Shown: piece by piece, positions 62,344-64,000 of the stretch
How positions within the stretch are numbered: position 1 is the first letter of the stretch
Layout of the letters: the number at the start of each line of letters is the position of its first letter
Notes under the pieces: generated by a model
The model's database searches: none
Told to the model about the DNA's origin: nothing
What the model saw: only the letters and a program-made list of their open reading frames with translations
Position numbers and translations under genes: made by a program
Assembly: GCA_034003985.1 (NCBI GenBank)
Contig: JAVEXP010000002.1
Location: 144,789-208,788 of the forward strand
Length of the DNA stretch: 64,000 bases
Direction of reading: 5' to 3'
From: Patescibacteria group bacterium
Lineage (GTDB): Bacteria > Patescibacteriota > Patescibacteriia > Buchananbacterales > UBA6539

Positions 62344-63387
62344 ATGATTAATTTTATTGGTAAAAAAAATCAAAAGCGAAGAACTATTAAGCGGTTTGCC
62401 GTCTCGATTATTATTTTAATTTTGATCAGCTGGGTTTATTATCTTTATTGTTTGAATTCGCCACTTGCCGGTGATCAGCTAACCCAAGAGTTTATCGTTG
62501 AATCAGGCTGGGGGAGTAGTGACATTAGCTATCGTCTAACTGATGCCGGGCTGGTCCGCAACCCCTATGTTTTTCAAATGTATGTTTGGCTTCATCGGAT
62601 TGATAGTCGCCTTCAACCGGGAAATTATTTTTTGAGTAAAAGTCAAAATATCAAAGAGATCGCTTGGATTTTAGCCAGGGGAGCGGGCAGTACCAAAGAA
62701 ATCAGTCTGACTTTTATCGAGGGTTGGAATAACCAGCAGATCGCTGACTATCTGGTTGAGCGCGAGATGATTGCCCAACCGGCTGATTTGTTTGCGATAG
62801 TCCAGAAAAAAGCTGTCTGGTGGGATGATTATCCAGTTTTGGCCAGCCGGCCTAAAAATCTTGATTTGGAAGGTTATCTTTTTCCGGATACTTATCGGGT
62901 ATTTCGTGATGCGACCATAGCGGATATCGTTCAAAAAATGGTTGCTACATTGGAAGAAAAAATTACTTCGGAAATGCGCCAAGAAATTTCTCGGCAACAT
63001 AAGACTATTCATGAGATTATTACCCTGGCTTCCATTCTGGAAAAAGAAGTTTCAACCCAGAAGGATCGGCGGTTGGTGGCTGATATTTTTTACAAACGAT
63101 TGGCCGCGGGTATGCCGTTGCAGTCCGATGCGACCGTTAATTATGCTACCGGTAAGAGTGTTACTCGCGCCAGCCTTGATGATTTATCGGTTGAGAGTTT
63201 GTATAATACCTACAAATATAAAGGCTTGCCACCCGGGCCGATTTGTAATCCGGGATTTGAAGCCATTGAGGCGGCGGTCTATCCGGTGGCCAATGAGTAC
63301 TGGTATTTTTTAACTACCCCCAACGGTGAAGTTATCTATAGTAAAACTCATGATGAGCATGTGGCCGCCAAGGCTAGATATTATTAA
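62344..63387 (+). CDS. mltG: endolytic murein transglycosylase MltG (YceG family)
   Basis: Start set at ATG 62344 ('MINFIGKK...', followed by a TM anchor). 'ITFIEGWNNQQIADYL', 'LASILEKEV' and 'LQSDATVNYATG' are YceG signatures. Confidence 0.85.
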   Translation: MINFIGKKNQKRRTIKRFAVSIIILILISWVYYLYCLNSPLAGDQLTQEFIVESGWGSSDISYRLTDAGLVRNPYVFQMYVWLHRIDSRLQPGNYFLSKSQNIKEIAWILARGAGSTKEISLTFIEGWNNQQIADYLVEREMIAQPADLFAIVQKKAVWWDDYPVLASRPKNLDLEGYLFPDTYRVFRDATIADIVQKMVATLEEKITSEMRQEISRQHKTIHEIITLASILEKEVSTQKDRRLVADIFYKRLAAGMPLQSDATVNYATGKSVTRASLDDLSVESLYNTYKYKGLPPGPICNPGFEAIEAAVYPVANEYWYFLTTPNGEVIYSKTHDEHVAAKARYY

Positions 63388-63403
63388 TACTTAATAAAAA
63401 ATA

Positions 63404-64000
63404 TGGCTAAAACTTTAGTAATGTCACTGGGTGGTTCGCTGATTGCCCCTCAAGGTATTGATTTAAAATTTTTAGTTGGATTTCGCAAATTGATTTTAGA
63501 TTTTACCGCTCAAGGTAATCGGGTTATTATTATTACCGGTGGTGGTGATACCGCCAGAAATTATCAATCGGCGGCCAGAAAAATCAATGCCAAAATTTCG
63601 CCCAAAGATTTGGATTGGGTGGGAATTGCCGCCACCAAAATAAATGGCGAGCTGGTTAGCGCGATTTTTGGCAACTTGGCTTATGAGGGCATATTAGCTG
63701 ATCCATCCCGCAAGGTTAAGACTAATAAAAAGATTATTGTCGGTGCGGGGTTTAAGCCCGGTTCTTCTTCAGATAAAGATGCGGTTATCGCTGCCAGGAC
63801 TTTTGGCGCTAAAACTGTCATCAATCTTTCCAATATTTCTTATGTTTATAATAAGGATCCCAGAAAGCATAAAGATGCCAAACCCCAGACTAAAATGACA
63901 TGGTCTGATTTTCGCAAAATCATTGGTAATAAATATATACCCGGCGCTCATTGGCCGTTTGATCCGGTAGCCAGTCGTTTGGCCCAGCAGTGGCAAATGT
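63404..64000 (+). CDS. pyrH: amino-acid-kinase-family protein, uridylate kinase-like (archaeal-type PyrH); 3' end beyond the window
   Basis: Open from ATG 63404 to the window end (199 codons, so absent from the supplied ORF track). 'LVMSLGGSLI' is the amino-acid-kinase N-motif. 'GAGFKPGSSSDKDAVIAARTFGAKTVINLSNISYVYNKDPRKHKDAK' matches the UMP-kinase 'GGG.p..stD..Aa..A.e..A.......DGVY..DP' region. Confidence 0.55.

Noticed and set aside
1-64000. tRNA/rRNA/tmRNA genes in intergenic gaps (477-607, 19375-19457, 25743-25986, 31028-31125, 32342-32500, 43109-43241)
   Set aside because: No cloverleaf-compatible stretches with a GTTC-like T-loop or conserved rRNA blocks were seen. The gaps are AT-rich promoter/terminator-like sequence.

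Overview
This 64-kb window reads as low-GC (roughly 35-40%), tightly packed bacterial DNA. Its gene content and style look typical of a Candidate Phyla Radiation (CPR) / Patescibacteria (Parcubacteria-like) genome: small proteins, translationally coupled genes, a type IV pilus locus with a giant pilin-like adhesin, a partial dcw (mraY-murD-ftsW-murG-murC-murB) cluster, secA, pyrG, and ribosomal proteins L9 and L27. There are no rRNA, tRNA or CRISPR features I could support. Reading left to right: (i) a surface-glycan region with two GT4 glycosyltransferases, two polytopic GT-C-like membrane proteins, and an rmlC/rfbB/rfbD/nucleotidyltransferase set; (ii) murA and a C-terminal processing protease; (iii) the standout locus at 16.6-28.8 kb (detailed below); (iv) rplI, pyrG, rpmA; (v) a minus-strand type IV pilus operon (pilB-pilC-giant prepilin-like propeller adhesin-pilin-PilX-like-pilM-pilN-pilO); (vi) mraY, an Ldh_2-family dehydrogenase, murD, ftsW, murG, a patatin-like lipase, murC, murB; (vii) secA, a histidine phosphatase, two HD-domain proteins, mutM, uppP, mltG and a partial amino-acid-kinase-family (pyrH-like) gene. 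The 16.6-28.8 kb locus is a co-directional array of six full-length paralogs that each end in a PEP-utilising-enzyme phosphohistidine 'swivel' domain. One stand-alone gene in the array encodes only the PpsA/PPDK-type ATP-grasp N-domain. A HAD hydrolase, an acylphosphatase, and a GC-rich, apparently foreign gene for a histidine-phosphatase-superfamily protein are interleaved. I interpret this as a split, multiplexed rifampin-phosphotransferase-like phosphotransfer system of unknown substrate. Two compositionally anomalous (~58-60% GC) minus-strand islands share flanking motifs: a CTG-N-G8 tract beside a hairpin at the 3' end and a TGcTAT(A/T)AT extended -10 at the 5' end. A short dispersed hairpin repeat (GTCATCCTGAG...) clusters beside the first island. 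All calls rest on motif recognition by eye; no database search was run.
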